From positions 1,103,589 to 1,167,588 of the forward strand of contig JAHBUQ010000001.1 in NCBI GenBank assembly GCA_019637995.1: a DNA stretch of 64,000 bases. Direction: 5' to 3'. The notes below the pieces were generated by a model. That model did no database searches, was not told the origin of the DNA, and saw nothing but the letters and a program-made list of their open reading frames with translations. Of this stretch, positions 21,999 to 30,509 are shown in pieces (within the stretch, counting starts at the first letter, position 1; every line of letters starts with the position of its first letter). A program made the position numbers and the translations under genes. Origin of the DNA: Ignavibacteriota bacterium. Lineage in GTDB: Bacteria; Bacteroidota; Ignavibacteria; Kapaibacteriales; UBA2268.

Positions 21999-23144
21999 AT
22001 GAGTAATAATTCATATTTATTTACTTCTGAATCGGTCTCAGAAGGGCATCCGGATAAAATTTGCGATCAGGTTTCTGACGCAGTATTAGATGCGATGCTG
22101 ACCGATGACCCAAACAGCCGCGTGGCATGTGAATGCTATGCAACTACGGGTATGATTGTAGTGGGCGGCGAAATTAAAACAAATACTTATGTGGACTTGC
22201 AGAGTTTGGTTCGCGGAGTAATCCGTGACATCGGATATGATAAGAACGGTCTTAGATTCGATGCAGATTCAGCAGCAGTTATTAATGTTATCAATCAGCA
22301 GTCAACTGACATTGCAATGGGTGTTGATACCGGCGGTGCGGGTGACCAGGGTATGATGTTCGGTTATGCCAATGTTGAGACTGAAGAGCTTATGCCTGCA
22401 CCAATTATCTATTCACACAAATTAGTAAAACATCTTGCTGATTTGAGAAGACAACCCGGAATTATGGACTATTTAAGACCTGACTCAAAATCACAGGTTA
22501 CAATAGAATATGCTGATTCAGGTGAAATTTTAAGAGTGGATACAGTTGTTATTTCTACTCAACATGACCCTGATGTATCACAAACTCAGATTAAAGAAGA
22601 TGTTATTGAAAATGTAGTTAAAAATATTATACCATCTGAGTATCTTGACAACAATACGAAATATTATGTTAATCCTACAGGTAATTTTGTTATTGGTGGT
22701 CCTCACGGAGATACCGGATTAACAGGAAGAAAAATTATAGTTGATACCTATGGTGGAAGGGCGCCTCACGGCGGTGGAGCTTTCTCGGGTAAAGACTCAA
22801 CAAAAGTTGACCGCTCAGCAGCTTATGCCGCAAGATATTTAGCAAAAAATATCGTTGCCGCCGGACTTGCCAAAGAGTGTACTATTCAGCTTTCTTATGC
22901 TATTGGAATAGCCCAGCCGGTTTCAATACTTGTAAATACACATGGTTCATCACAATTCAGTGACAGATTGCTTGATAAATTTATACTTGAAAATATTGAT
23001 TTATCACCGGCGGGAATCATCGAGAGATTCAATTTAAGAAGACCAATTTTCAGAGCTACTGCTGCCTACGGACATTTTGGAAGAAATGAATTTCCATGGG
23101 AAGCTACTGATATTGTTGATTTATTTAAGAAAAATTTTGCATGA
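21999..23144 (+). CDS. metK: S-adenosylmethionine synthetase
   Basis: Highly conserved MAT signatures: [48 protein letters not shown] and GGGAFSGKD. Confidence 0.95.
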   Translation: MSNNSYLFTSESVSEGHPDKICDQVSDAVLDAMLTDDPNSRVACECYATTGMIVVGGEIKTNTYVDLQSLVRGVIRDIGYDKNGLRFDADSAAVINVINQQSTDIAMGVDTGGAGDQGMMFGYANVETEELMPAPIIYSHKLVKHLADLRRQPGIMDYLRPDSKSQVTIEYADSGEILRVDTVVISTQHDPDVSQTQIKEDVIENVVKNIIPSEYLDNNTKYYVNPTGNFVIGGPHGDTGLTGRKIIVDTYGGRAPHGGGAFSGKDSTKVDRSAAYAARYLAKNIVAAGLAKECTIQLSYAIGIAQPVSILVNTHGSSQFSDRLLDKFILENIDLSPAGIIERFNLRRPIFRATAAYGHFGRNEFPWEATDIVDLFKKNFA

Positions 23145-23163
23145 TTAATCGGGGAAGTAAATT

Positions 23164-24618
23164 TTGATGCAAAAAAATATAACAGTAGCTTACGGCAATG
23201 GTATCGGACCTGAAATTATGAATGCCACCCTTAGTATTTTAGATGCAGCCGGCTGTAATTTCAAATATGATGTAATTGAGATTGGAGAGAATGTTTATCT
23301 TAGTGGCATAAAATCAGGTATTGCTCCTGAATCCTGGGATATATTACGCCGTAATAAAGTATTCCTTAAATCCCCAATAACTACTCCACAAGGTTCAGGT
23401 TATAAAAGTCTGAATGTTACAATTCGTAAATCAATGGGGTTATTTGCAAGCGTCAGACCCACTGTGGCTTATACTAATGTCATTCATTCACATTTTCCAA
23501 ATATGGATTTAATAGTTGTTCGTGAAAATGAGGAAGATTTATATGCAGGCATCGAACATCAGCAGACAGGCGAAGTTATTCAATGTTTAAAACTTGTATC
23601 AAAACCCGGAACTGAAAAGATTATCCGTTATGCTTTTGAATATGCACGCTCTATGGGTAGAAAGAAAGTTACCTGTATGACAAAAGATAATATTATGAAG
23701 CATACAGATGGTCTTTTTCATAAAATGTTTCTTGAAATTGCTAAAGAATACCCGGAGTTTGAAACCAATCATTTAATAATTGATATTGGTTCAGCTCGTA
23801 TAGCAGATTATCCTGAAAATTTCGATGTCATTGTAACACTTAATCTTTATGGGGATATTATTTCCGATATTGCAGCGGAAGTTGCGGGATCCGTAGGACT
23901 TGCCGGTTCATCAAATATCGGGGATTCTTTTGCAATGTTTGAAGCAATTCATGGCTCGGCACCAGATATAGCAGGCAAAGGTATTGCAAACCCAAGTGGA
24001 CTTATTAATGGTGCCGTGATGATGCTTATGCACCTTGGAATGCCTGATAAAGCAGAGCTCGTTCAGAATGCACTCCTGAAAACTCTCGAAGATGGTTATC
24101 ACACTCCGGATATTTATAAGGAAGCTACTTCAAGAGTTAGAGTTGGTACTGACGAATTTGCTGATGAGATTATCAAAAGACTTGGTAAAAAGCCAATTAT
24201 ATTAAAAGAAGTTAAATTTAATCATGACTTCAAACCAATTCATGTAAAACCTTCTCCTTATATAAAACCGGACAAAGAACTTGACGGGATTGATGTGTTT
24301 CTTGATTGGACTGGTGATGAGCGAAATCCAAATACACTTGGTGATTCTCTTGAAAAAGCTATTGAGAATACGGGATTTAAGCTCAAAATGATAACCAACC
24401 GAGGCGTAAAGGTATATCCTGACGGTTTCCCGGAAACTTTCTGTACAGACCACTGGAGATGTCGTTTCAAAAGAAATAACGATGACTTAAAAATTTCAAA
24501 TAATGATTTACTTGATTTGCAGAAATCAATTGCAAATGCGGGTTTTGATATTATCAAAACTGAAAATTTATATTTAATAAATGGTGAGAGAGCTTATTCT
24601 CTCGGTCAAGGCGAATAA
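23164..24618 (+). CDS. icd: Isocitrate/isopropylmalate dehydrogenase-family enzyme, 484 aa. Most likely isocitrate dehydrogenase; it carries a ~135-aa C-terminal extension of unknown function.
   Basis: Family motifs ITVAYGNGIGPEIM, SLNVTIRKSMGLFASVRP and NLYGDIISDIAAEVAGSVGLAGSSNIG. The catalytic core ends near residue 345. The remaining PIILKEVKFNHDF...LGQGE matches nothing I recognise. Confidence 0.8.
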   Translation: MMQKNITVAYGNGIGPEIMNATLSILDAAGCNFKYDVIEIGENVYLSGIKSGIAPESWDILRRNKVFLKSPITTPQGSGYKSLNVTIRKSMGLFASVRPTVAYTNVIHSHFPNMDLIVVRENEEDLYAGIEHQQTGEVIQCLKLVSKPGTEKIIRYAFEYARSMGRKKVTCMTKDNIMKHTDGLFHKMFLEIAKEYPEFETNHLIIDIGSARIADYPENFDVIVTLNLYGDIISDIAAEVAGSVGLAGSSNIGDSFAMFEAIHGSAPDIAGKGIANPSGLINGAVMMLMHLGMPDKAELVQNALLKTLEDGYHTPDIYKEATSRVRVGTDEFADEIIKRLGKKPIILKEVKFNHDFKPIHVKPSPYIKPDKELDGIDVFLDWTGDERNPNTLGDSLEKAIENTGFKLKMITNRGVKVYPDGFPETFCTDHWRCRFKRNNDDLKISNNDLLDLQKSIANAGFDIIKTENLYLINGERAYSLGQGE

Positions 24619-24651
24619 ATTTTAAAATTATAATTAAAAAGGACTAATATT

Positions 24652-25965
24652 ATGTCAAATATACCCCCAAAAAAAGCAACCGGAAATTTCTCAGAAGTAC
24701 TGGGAAAATATTGCGTAAGAGATATTTCTCTTGCAGAAGAAGGAAGATTACTCATTGAATGGGCTGAAACTAAAATGCCTGTTTTAATGGGATTGAAGCA
24801 AAAATACAGCGAAACTAAGCCTTTCGCAGGTTACAAAATTGCTGGTTGTCTTCACGTAACTAAGGAAACTGCAGTCCTTATCAAAACACTTCAAGCTGCA
24901 GGTGCTGAAGTGCTTTGGTCAGGTTGTAATCCTCTATCAACAAATGATGCAGTTGCTGCTGCTCTTGCTGAAGAAGGCGTACAAATTTACGCATGGTATG
25001 GAAATGGTGAAGATTTCTACTGGTGTATTGAGCGTACAATTGACGCTAAACCACATCTTACTCTTGATGACGGTTGCGACCTTATTGATACAGTTCACGA
25101 AAAATACAAAGAACTTGCTACTTCTCATATTATCGGTGGCTCTGAAGAAACTACTACAGGTGTTCACAGACTTCGCTCACGTGAGGCAGCCGGTCAACTT
25201 CTCTATCCCGTTTATGCAGTAAATGATGCAGAAACAAAATGGGATTTTGATAATGTTTATGGAACAGGTCAATCTACATTAGATGGTATTATCAGAGCTA
25301 CTTCAGTATTGCTTGCAGGTAAGAATTTTGTAGTTGCAGGTCACGGTCACTGCGGTTCAGGTGTTGCAAAACGTGCTAAAGGGATGGGTTCTAATACCAT
25401 TATTACAGAGGTGAAAGCTACAGCCGCTTTAAAAGGTACTCTTGAAGGTCATGAAGTCATGACAATGGATGAAGCAGCTAAAGTTGGTGATATCTTCTGT
25501 ACTGCAACAGGTGTAAAAGATGTTATCCGTAAATGGCATTTTGAATCTATGAAAGATGGGGCTATTATTTGTAACACAGGTCATTATGATGCTGAAATCA
25601 ATATTCCTGAATTAGAAGAAGTTTCGGTAAGCAAGAGAACAATTCGTCCAAATTGCGAAGAATATACTCTGAAAAATGGTAAGAAGATTTTCTTACTTGC
25701 TCAGGGAAGATTGATTAATCTTGCAGCAGCTGAAGGACATCCATCAGAAGTAATGGATATGTCATTTGCCAATCAGTTTATGGCTCACGTTTCACTTATC
25801 GAACGTCATAAAGCAGGCGAAAAAATGCCAATCGCAGTTATGGAAATTCCTGTTGAGCAGGATGAATTTGTTGCTCATACAAAACTTACAATGTCAAATC
25901 TTAAGATTGACACTTTAACTCCGGAGCAACTTGCTTACATCAACGATTATAATGCCGGAACCTGA
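24652..25965 (+). CDS. ahcY: Adenosylhomocysteinase (S-adenosyl-L-homocysteine hydrolase)
   Basis: Conserved SAHH blocks LSTNDAVAAALA, GSEETTTGVHRL, NDAETKWDFDNVYGTGQS and the NAD-binding GHGHCGSGVA. Confidence 0.95.
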   Translation: MSNIPPKKATGNFSEVLGKYCVRDISLAEEGRLLIEWAETKMPVLMGLKQKYSETKPFAGYKIAGCLHVTKETAVLIKTLQAAGAEVLWSGCNPLSTNDAVAAALAEEGVQIYAWYGNGEDFYWCIERTIDAKPHLTLDDGCDLIDTVHEKYKELATSHIIGGSEETTTGVHRLRSREAAGQLLYPVYAVNDAETKWDFDNVYGTGQSTLDGIIRATSVLLAGKNFVVAGHGHCGSGVAKRAKGMGSNTIITEVKATAALKGTLEGHEVMTMDEAAKVGDIFCTATGVKDVIRKWHFESMKDGAIICNTGHYDAEINIPELEEVSVSKRTIRPNCEEYTLKNGKKIFLLAQGRLINLAAAEGHPSEVMDMSFANQFMAHVSLIERHKAGEKMPIAVMEIPVEQDEFVAHTKLTMSNLKIDTLTPEQLAYINDYNAGT

Positions 25966-25992
25966 TTAAATCTGTCAGTTTGTTTTTTAAAT

Positions 25993-26030
25993 CTCCCTTG
26001 CCCATTTATTAGGTAAGGGATTTTTTTTTC
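25993..26030 (+). terminator. Rho-independent terminator after ahcY. An 8-bp stem (CCCTTGCC / GGTAAGGG, with one G-U pair) is followed by T9.
   Basis: Inverted repeat immediately followed by TTTTTTTTT, 28 nt after the ahcY stop. Confidence 0.6.
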
Positions 26031-26120
26031 AAGAATATTCAATTTTTCATTTTAGCAATATTATTTTTTACTCAACTGAAACAAACATTATAAAATTGTG
26101 TCTATGCAATTGAAAAAGAT

Positions 26121-26684
26121 ATGAAAAATTTTAATAAATATAGCGACAACGATTTAATTCAAATAACGGCAAATTCCGGTGAGCCGGAAAAATCTGCGGC
26201 TTTTTCTGAATTGTATAATCGCTATGCAAATAATATTTATCTGTATTGCAGGAAAATTTTCGGTGATGGCACTTTTGCAGAGGATATTTTTCAGGATACT
26301 TTTTTACAACTACTTAAATGTATTGAAAATAAAATATATATTGGAAATGTGCAGGGGTATTTACTTAAAACAGCACGCAATTTATCACTGAATTTCAGGC
26401 GTAACCAAAGAGCTGAAATGGTAGAATTTGATGATTTCAGAGCAAATATTGACGATAACAGCTACGAACTTAAAGAACTTTCCGAAATGATTGATTCTGC
26501 TCTGGAGTTACTGCCTGAAGAGCATAAAGAAGCATTTATACTTCAATCTTATCAGGGACTTAGCTATAGTGAAATTGCAACACTAACCGACGTACCGCTT
26601 TCAACTGTCCGCAACAGAATTGTAAGGGCAAAAGCAAAATTAAGAGAAATTCTGGCTCCAATGATTAAGGAGGAAAAATTATGA
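26121..26684 (+). CDS. ECF-type (sigma-70 family, group 4) RNA polymerase sigma factor, 187 aa. Module 1.
   Basis: Region 2-like FSELYNRYANNIYLYCRKIFGD..AEDIFQDTFLQLL and region 4-like LSYSEIATLTDVPLSTVRNRIVRAKAKLR helix-turn-helix. A candidate TGAAAC-N16-TGTCTA promoter sits at 26077-26104. Confidence 0.85.
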   Translation: MKNFNKYSDNDLIQITANSGEPEKSAAFSELYNRYANNIYLYCRKIFGDGTFAEDIFQDTFLQLLKCIENKIYIGNVQGYLLKTARNLSLNFRRNQRAEMVEFDDFRANIDDNSYELKELSEMIDSALELLPEEHKEAFILQSYQGLSYSEIATLTDVPLSTVRNRIVRAKAKLREILAPMIKEEKL

Positions 26685-27919
26685 AAAATTATGATACATA
26701 CAGCGAGTTGATTTATCTTGTAATTGATGGGGAAGCAAGTGATGCTGAAAGAACTGCTTTCTATTCAGCACTTACCAAAAGCACCGAATTACAAAATGAA
26801 TTTCAAACTGCTATGAAGTTTAACAGAGCGGCTGAGAGTTATCCGAAAAAATCAACTGTTCCGGTGGCAGTTACTGATAAATTATTCAGCAAAGCCGGCT
26901 TGACATATATCCCCAAAGATGCGGCTATAGGTGCTGCAGCCGTTACAAAAGGAGCAATTGTAAAAAGTGGTATCTTTAGTAATGTTATGAGCAACTCAAT
27001 CAGTAAAATTGGCTTTGCTGTTATTGGAATGATCCTTGGTGCCGGAATAATGTATTTACTGAATGATAATTCCGAAATTATCGCTGCCGGAAGTCAGCCC
27101 AATAATATTGACAACAGATTTATCAAATTCGCAGAACCTGAAAAAGCAATTCCAATAATGAGTGCAAATAATGTTGATGAAATTTCATTTACTAAAAGCA
27201 TCAAACGTAACAAAATTGCATCTAATAATTCAGGAAAAATTCTAACAGAGGATGTTGGAATGGAAGATGAAAAATTTGAGAATATTCCTCATCTTAAAGA
27301 TATATCAGAGATATCAAATATTTCAAATAGTAATGAATATTTTCACAATTTGAGTAAATCTAATATTAATTACGAGAGATTTAATAAGATGATTTATGAA
27401 AATAACATCCTGAATAAAAACAACATATTTACATTCTTTGATAATCTGGAAATCTCTTTGGAAAATTCAATTCCGTGGTTTGTTCCTGAAGCATCAGTAT
27501 CACCAAAATCTTATAATAAATTCAACAATTTGGGCTTAAGAGTGTTATTTAAGGCAAATGATTATTTCAGGACCGGAATTTCAATAAATCAGTCCACATT
27601 TTTTGCAGAGTTTATTCAAAGTGAAATGGATGGGAATATTTACAATTATCGAATTCAGCCAAATTTAACAACGGTTTCAAGTGAAATTTTAATTAATTTG
27701 ATAAATTCGGAAGTGTTGGTGCCGTATATTCAGCTTAGTGTGGGAGCTAATCAGGCAGGGATTGTTTTAAGTCCGGCAATGGGTATTGAGTACAATGTTG
27801 TAAATTCTTTATCAATTTATTTCAGTGGTACAATGGATTATTTTAGATTTATACAAAACGACAACTGGTTCGATACTCAAAAATTCAGACTGAATTACGG
27901 TATAAATCTCAAATTTTAA
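26681..27919 (+). CDS. Anti-sigma-like membrane protein, 412 aa. It has a cytoplasmic N-domain, a single TM helix, an N/S/K-rich linker and a C-terminal predicted 8-strand OM beta-barrel-like domain ending in a beta-signal (..YGINLKF). Module 1.
   Basis: The start overlaps the sigma stop (ATGA) and is preceded by AAGGAGGA. The TM segment is IGFAVIGMILGAGIMYLL. The last ~130 aa show 8 alternating-hydrophobic stretches and a terminal Phe with hydrophobics at -2, -4 and -6. Confidence 0.5.
   Translation: MKNYDTYSELIYLVIDGEASDAERTAFYSALTKSTELQNEFQTAMKFNRAAESYPKKSTVPVAVTDKLFSKAGLTYIPKDAAIGAAAVTKGAIVKSGIFSNVMSNSISKIGFAVIGMILGAGIMYLLNDNSEIIAAGSQPNNIDNRFIKFAEPEKAIPIMSANNVDEISFTKSIKRNKIASNNSGKILTEDVGMEDEKFENIPHLKDISEISNISNSNEYFHNLSKSNINYERFNKMIYENNILNKNNIFTFFDNLEISLENSIPWFVPEASVSPKSYNKFNNLGLRVLFKANDYFRTGISINQSTFFAEFIQSEMDGNIYNYRIQPNLTTVSSEILINLINSEVLVPYIQLSVGANQAGIVLSPAMGIEYNVVNSLSIYFSGTMDYFRFIQNDNWFDTQKFRLNYGINLKF
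27138..27265. repeat. 128-bp tract (coding AIPIMSANNVDEISFTKSIKRNKIASNNSGKILTEDVGME) that is ~98% identical at nucleotide level to 31436-31563 in the paralogous anti-sigma gene
   Basis: Side-by-side reading shows three mismatches in 128 nt. The flanking sequence of the two genes is only 20-50% identical at protein level. Confidence 0.7.
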
Positions 27920-27934
27920 TTAGGAGAAATTGCT

Positions 27935-28396
27935 ATGAAATTACTTTTGAAAAGTATATTGCTTTTAATGATAATAATTATTTTCAGTTCTTGCAAAGAT
28001 ATACTTTCTACAGAACCGAGATATGATAAAAAAATCATAACTGAAAATCTATCACCTGCTGATTCACTCAAACTTCTGACCTTACCCGATGTGGACTTAG
28101 GAATTATTAGAGTAAAAGCTATGATTTCAAGGAATATCATTATTGCCAATAATTCTGATTTACACGATATAGAAATATATTCAATTGATAATGATAATAA
28201 AACGGGAATATTTACTTACGGTTTTCCTGAAGGAATGCCATTTGTTATTAAGTCGTCTTCAAGTACTGAACTTTTCCCTGCAATCGAAGTAACATTCATT
28301 GCTGACCCAATTGTACCGGGAATTTTCTATGACACATTATACATAAATCAAAACGAAGAAATGTTTATTCCAATAAGAGTGCAAACAAGATTTTAA
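27935..28396 (+). CDS. Small lipoprotein, 153 aa, with a single Ig-like (DUF1573-like) domain. Module 1.
   Basis: Signal peptide plus lipobox-like IIIFSSC, with AGGAG upstream. The core LPDVDLGIIRVKAM..NNSD resembles the C-terminal domain of the 349-aa lipoprotein in module 2. Confidence 0.6.
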   Translation: MKLLLKSILLLMIIIIFSSCKDILSTEPRYDKKIITENLSPADSLKLLTLPDVDLGIIRVKAMISRNIIIANNSDLHDIEIYSIDNDNKTGIFTYGFPEGMPFVIKSSSSTELFPAIEVTFIADPIVPGIFYDTLYINQNEEMFIPIRVQTRF

Positions 28397-28416
28397 TAAT
28401 AAAAAGGAGTTCTAAA

Positions 28417-30111
28417 ATGAAAAAGTTCACATTGTATTTAGTTGCTTTCTTTGCGATTTCCTCACCGCTTTTAGCGCAAAAGTTTAATCATCCCGAACTA
28501 CAGTCGGATACATTAAGAACATTTGAAAGTAAAAAGAATACTGTCAGCAATATTCAATTCGGTGCAACAAATTATGGGATAAGTAATTGTTATTTCAATT
28601 TCCCTGAATTACGGGGTGTAATTTGGCCCAGAAATAGTGATATTACTTATTCTTTTGGAAGCGGGTTGTGGATTGGCGCTAGTAAATATCATCCTGATTC
28701 AAATAAAACAAGAAACATGGTTCTAATAACATATAACCCGAACTCAGGGAAAAGTTGGGCTGTGCCAGGGAGAATAGAAGACGGAAATGAAGTCAAATAT
28801 GATTTGAAGAAGAAATACAGGACATTTTTAAGTACAGAATACAACACATACACAGGCGAGCCTTTTGATAGTGATTACGAATATAATTGGTCTCACTGGA
28901 TTTCAAACGGAGAGAAAAAGTACAGTCATGGAGTATTTTTAAATGAATACGAACACGAAAATTCAAAGCGAAACCGCGATAATTATCTTAATGGTCCTTT
29001 AATTGTATCCGATGAAGATATTGTAACTACCTTCAAGGATACAGACTTAAACTTTTATGAGGGTGGCTCAGCAAACAGACTGGCACAAGGTTATCCCTTG
29101 AGTTTACAAATGGAATCATCCATTTATTCTTGGAGCGATGATTTAATGAAAGATGTGATAATTCAAAGATATGTAATTGAAAATAAGTCCAATGACACAC
29201 TTAAAGACTGTTGGATTGGGAATTATAATGGTGTTGGGATTGGACTTATTTCAAAGTTTGATAACAAAGAATGGGGGACAAAAGATAGATTGATTTACTA
29301 CGAAGAAGATAAAACATTGAATCTTTTTGTTGCTTGGTCAGAAAATTCTGAGGTCATAAATGGTAAAGGATTTGGTTACTTTGGTGTATCCTTGCTTGAA
29401 ACTCCGGCAGTTGATAGCGATGGCTTTTTGAGAAATGACAAGCTAATATATCAAATGGATGAACAGATTGGATTAAAGTCATTGTATAATTGGCACATCA
29501 AGAATGATCCAAGATACGATGAACAAAGATATGACATATTAACATCAAACCAAATTTACAAGTCAGATGATTATCTTGATGGTGGAAGAGTTATGACATC
29601 TACCGGTCCATTTCACTTTCGTCCGGGAGAAAAGGCATACTTTACTGTATTGATAGCATTTGCACTTCCTGCTAAAGGAGGCGAAGCTGACGGTACAAAA
29701 GAAGATATTGCAGGTATCGGCGGCAAAATCAACAAGGGCGATAATCCAATTAAACAAAGCAACGAATTATCACTTATTGATAAAATCAAATTTGCAAGAG
29801 ATAAATATTATAATGGCTTAGTTACAAAAATATTGGAATCTGAAGTTCGCAGAAATTCAGAATTGAGTGTCTATCCCAACCCCGCTACAGATTTCATTAC
29901 AATTCAATTAAGCAAAAAAGGGCTTCAGCCCTTTGCAGCGACTGGTAAAGTGCAAATATTTGATGCGTTGGGTTTGGAAGTCATATCCACCCCGTCAGCT
30001 GCGCTGACACCCACGGGTGAGGGGAATTTAAGAATTGATGTTTCGCATTTACCAGCAGGAGTTTATTTCATACGTGTTGGTAATAAGGTAGGCAAATTTG
30101 TGAAGAAGTAA
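28417..30111 (+). CDS. Secreted protein of unknown function, 564 aa, with a T9SS C-terminal sorting domain. Module 1 cargo.
   Basis: Signal peptide MKKFTLYLVAFFAISSPLLAQ and AAGGAG upstream. The last ~80 aa, LSVYPNPATDFITIQLS...GVYFIRVGNKVGKFVKK, form a Por secretion tail. Confidence 0.7.
   Translation: MKKFTLYLVAFFAISSPLLAQKFNHPELQSDTLRTFESKKNTVSNIQFGATNYGISNCYFNFPELRGVIWPRNSDITYSFGSGLWIGASKYHPDSNKTRNMVLITYNPNSGKSWAVPGRIEDGNEVKYDLKKKYRTFLSTEYNTYTGEPFDSDYEYNWSHWISNGEKKYSHGVFLNEYEHENSKRNRDNYLNGPLIVSDEDIVTTFKDTDLNFYEGGSANRLAQGYPLSLQMESSIYSWSDDLMKDVIIQRYVIENKSNDTLKDCWIGNYNGVGIGLISKFDNKEWGTKDRLIYYEEDKTLNLFVAWSENSEVINGKGFGYFGVSLLETPAVDSDGFLRNDKLIYQMDEQIGLKSLYNWHIKNDPRYDEQRYDILTSNQIYKSDDYLDGGRVMTSTGPFHFRPGEKAYFTVLIAFALPAKGGEADGTKEDIAGIGGKINKGDNPIKQSNELSLIDKIKFARDKYYNGLVTKILESEVRRNSELSVYPNPATDFITIQLSKKGLQPFAATGKVQIFDALGLEVISTPSAALTPTGEGNLRIDVSHLPAGVYFIRVGNKVGKFVKK
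29872..30111 (+). repeat. T9SS-tail-coding block, ~90% identical at nucleotide level to 35231-35469 at the 3' end of the module-2 cargo gene. It contains an internal perfect hairpin, AAAGGGC-TTCA-GCCCTTT, at 29917-29934.
   Basis: Direct comparison of the two 3' ends. The bodies of the two proteins are unrelated. Confidence 0.7.
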
Positions 30112-30159
30112 ATCTGTTGAATGTTAAATGTTATTGAGTTGAATGTTTAATCCGTCTTC

Positions 30160-30190
30160 GCAACAAAGGGCTTCAGCACTTTGCAATAAG
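30160..30190 (+). repeat. Non-coding relic of the T9SS-tail-coding block (GCAACAAAGGGCTTCAGCACTTTGCAATAAG), about 25 of 28 nt matching 35268-35298
   Basis: It lies 50 nt after the stop of the 28417 gene and matches the SNKELQPFAA-coding segment of the 34132 gene. Confidence 0.5.
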
Positions 30191-30206
30191 ATTAAGTAGC
30201 CAAAAC

Positions 30207-30250
30207 AGATGGACTACACCTCGGAGGTGGAGTCCATCTTGCTTTTTATT
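30207..30250 (+). terminator. Long-stem hairpin terminator. A 15-bp stem (AGATGGACTACACCT / AGGTGGAGTCCATCT, one mismatch) is followed by TGCTTTTTATT. The stem is conserved with the hairpin at 34054-34088.
   Basis: Read directly. T-tract follows. Confidence 0.6.
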
Positions 30251-30509
30251 AATCCCAGAAATCCTTTAATCCGAATAATCTCTGATTCAGAAAATGTTGA
30301 AAAACTATAATTTTAAATATTGAAAATAATTTGTGACTTTTTATTCCTAATTTACGTTAATTATTTATGAAAGTTGTACTTTTATAAAAATTATGAATAC
30401 TGAATAACAAAAATATAGCGATAATGATTTAATTAAAATTATCAGAAGTGGTGAAGGTTACTCAGTTGACTATTCCTTCAACACTCTTTATGAAAGGTAT
30501 TCTGCTAAG

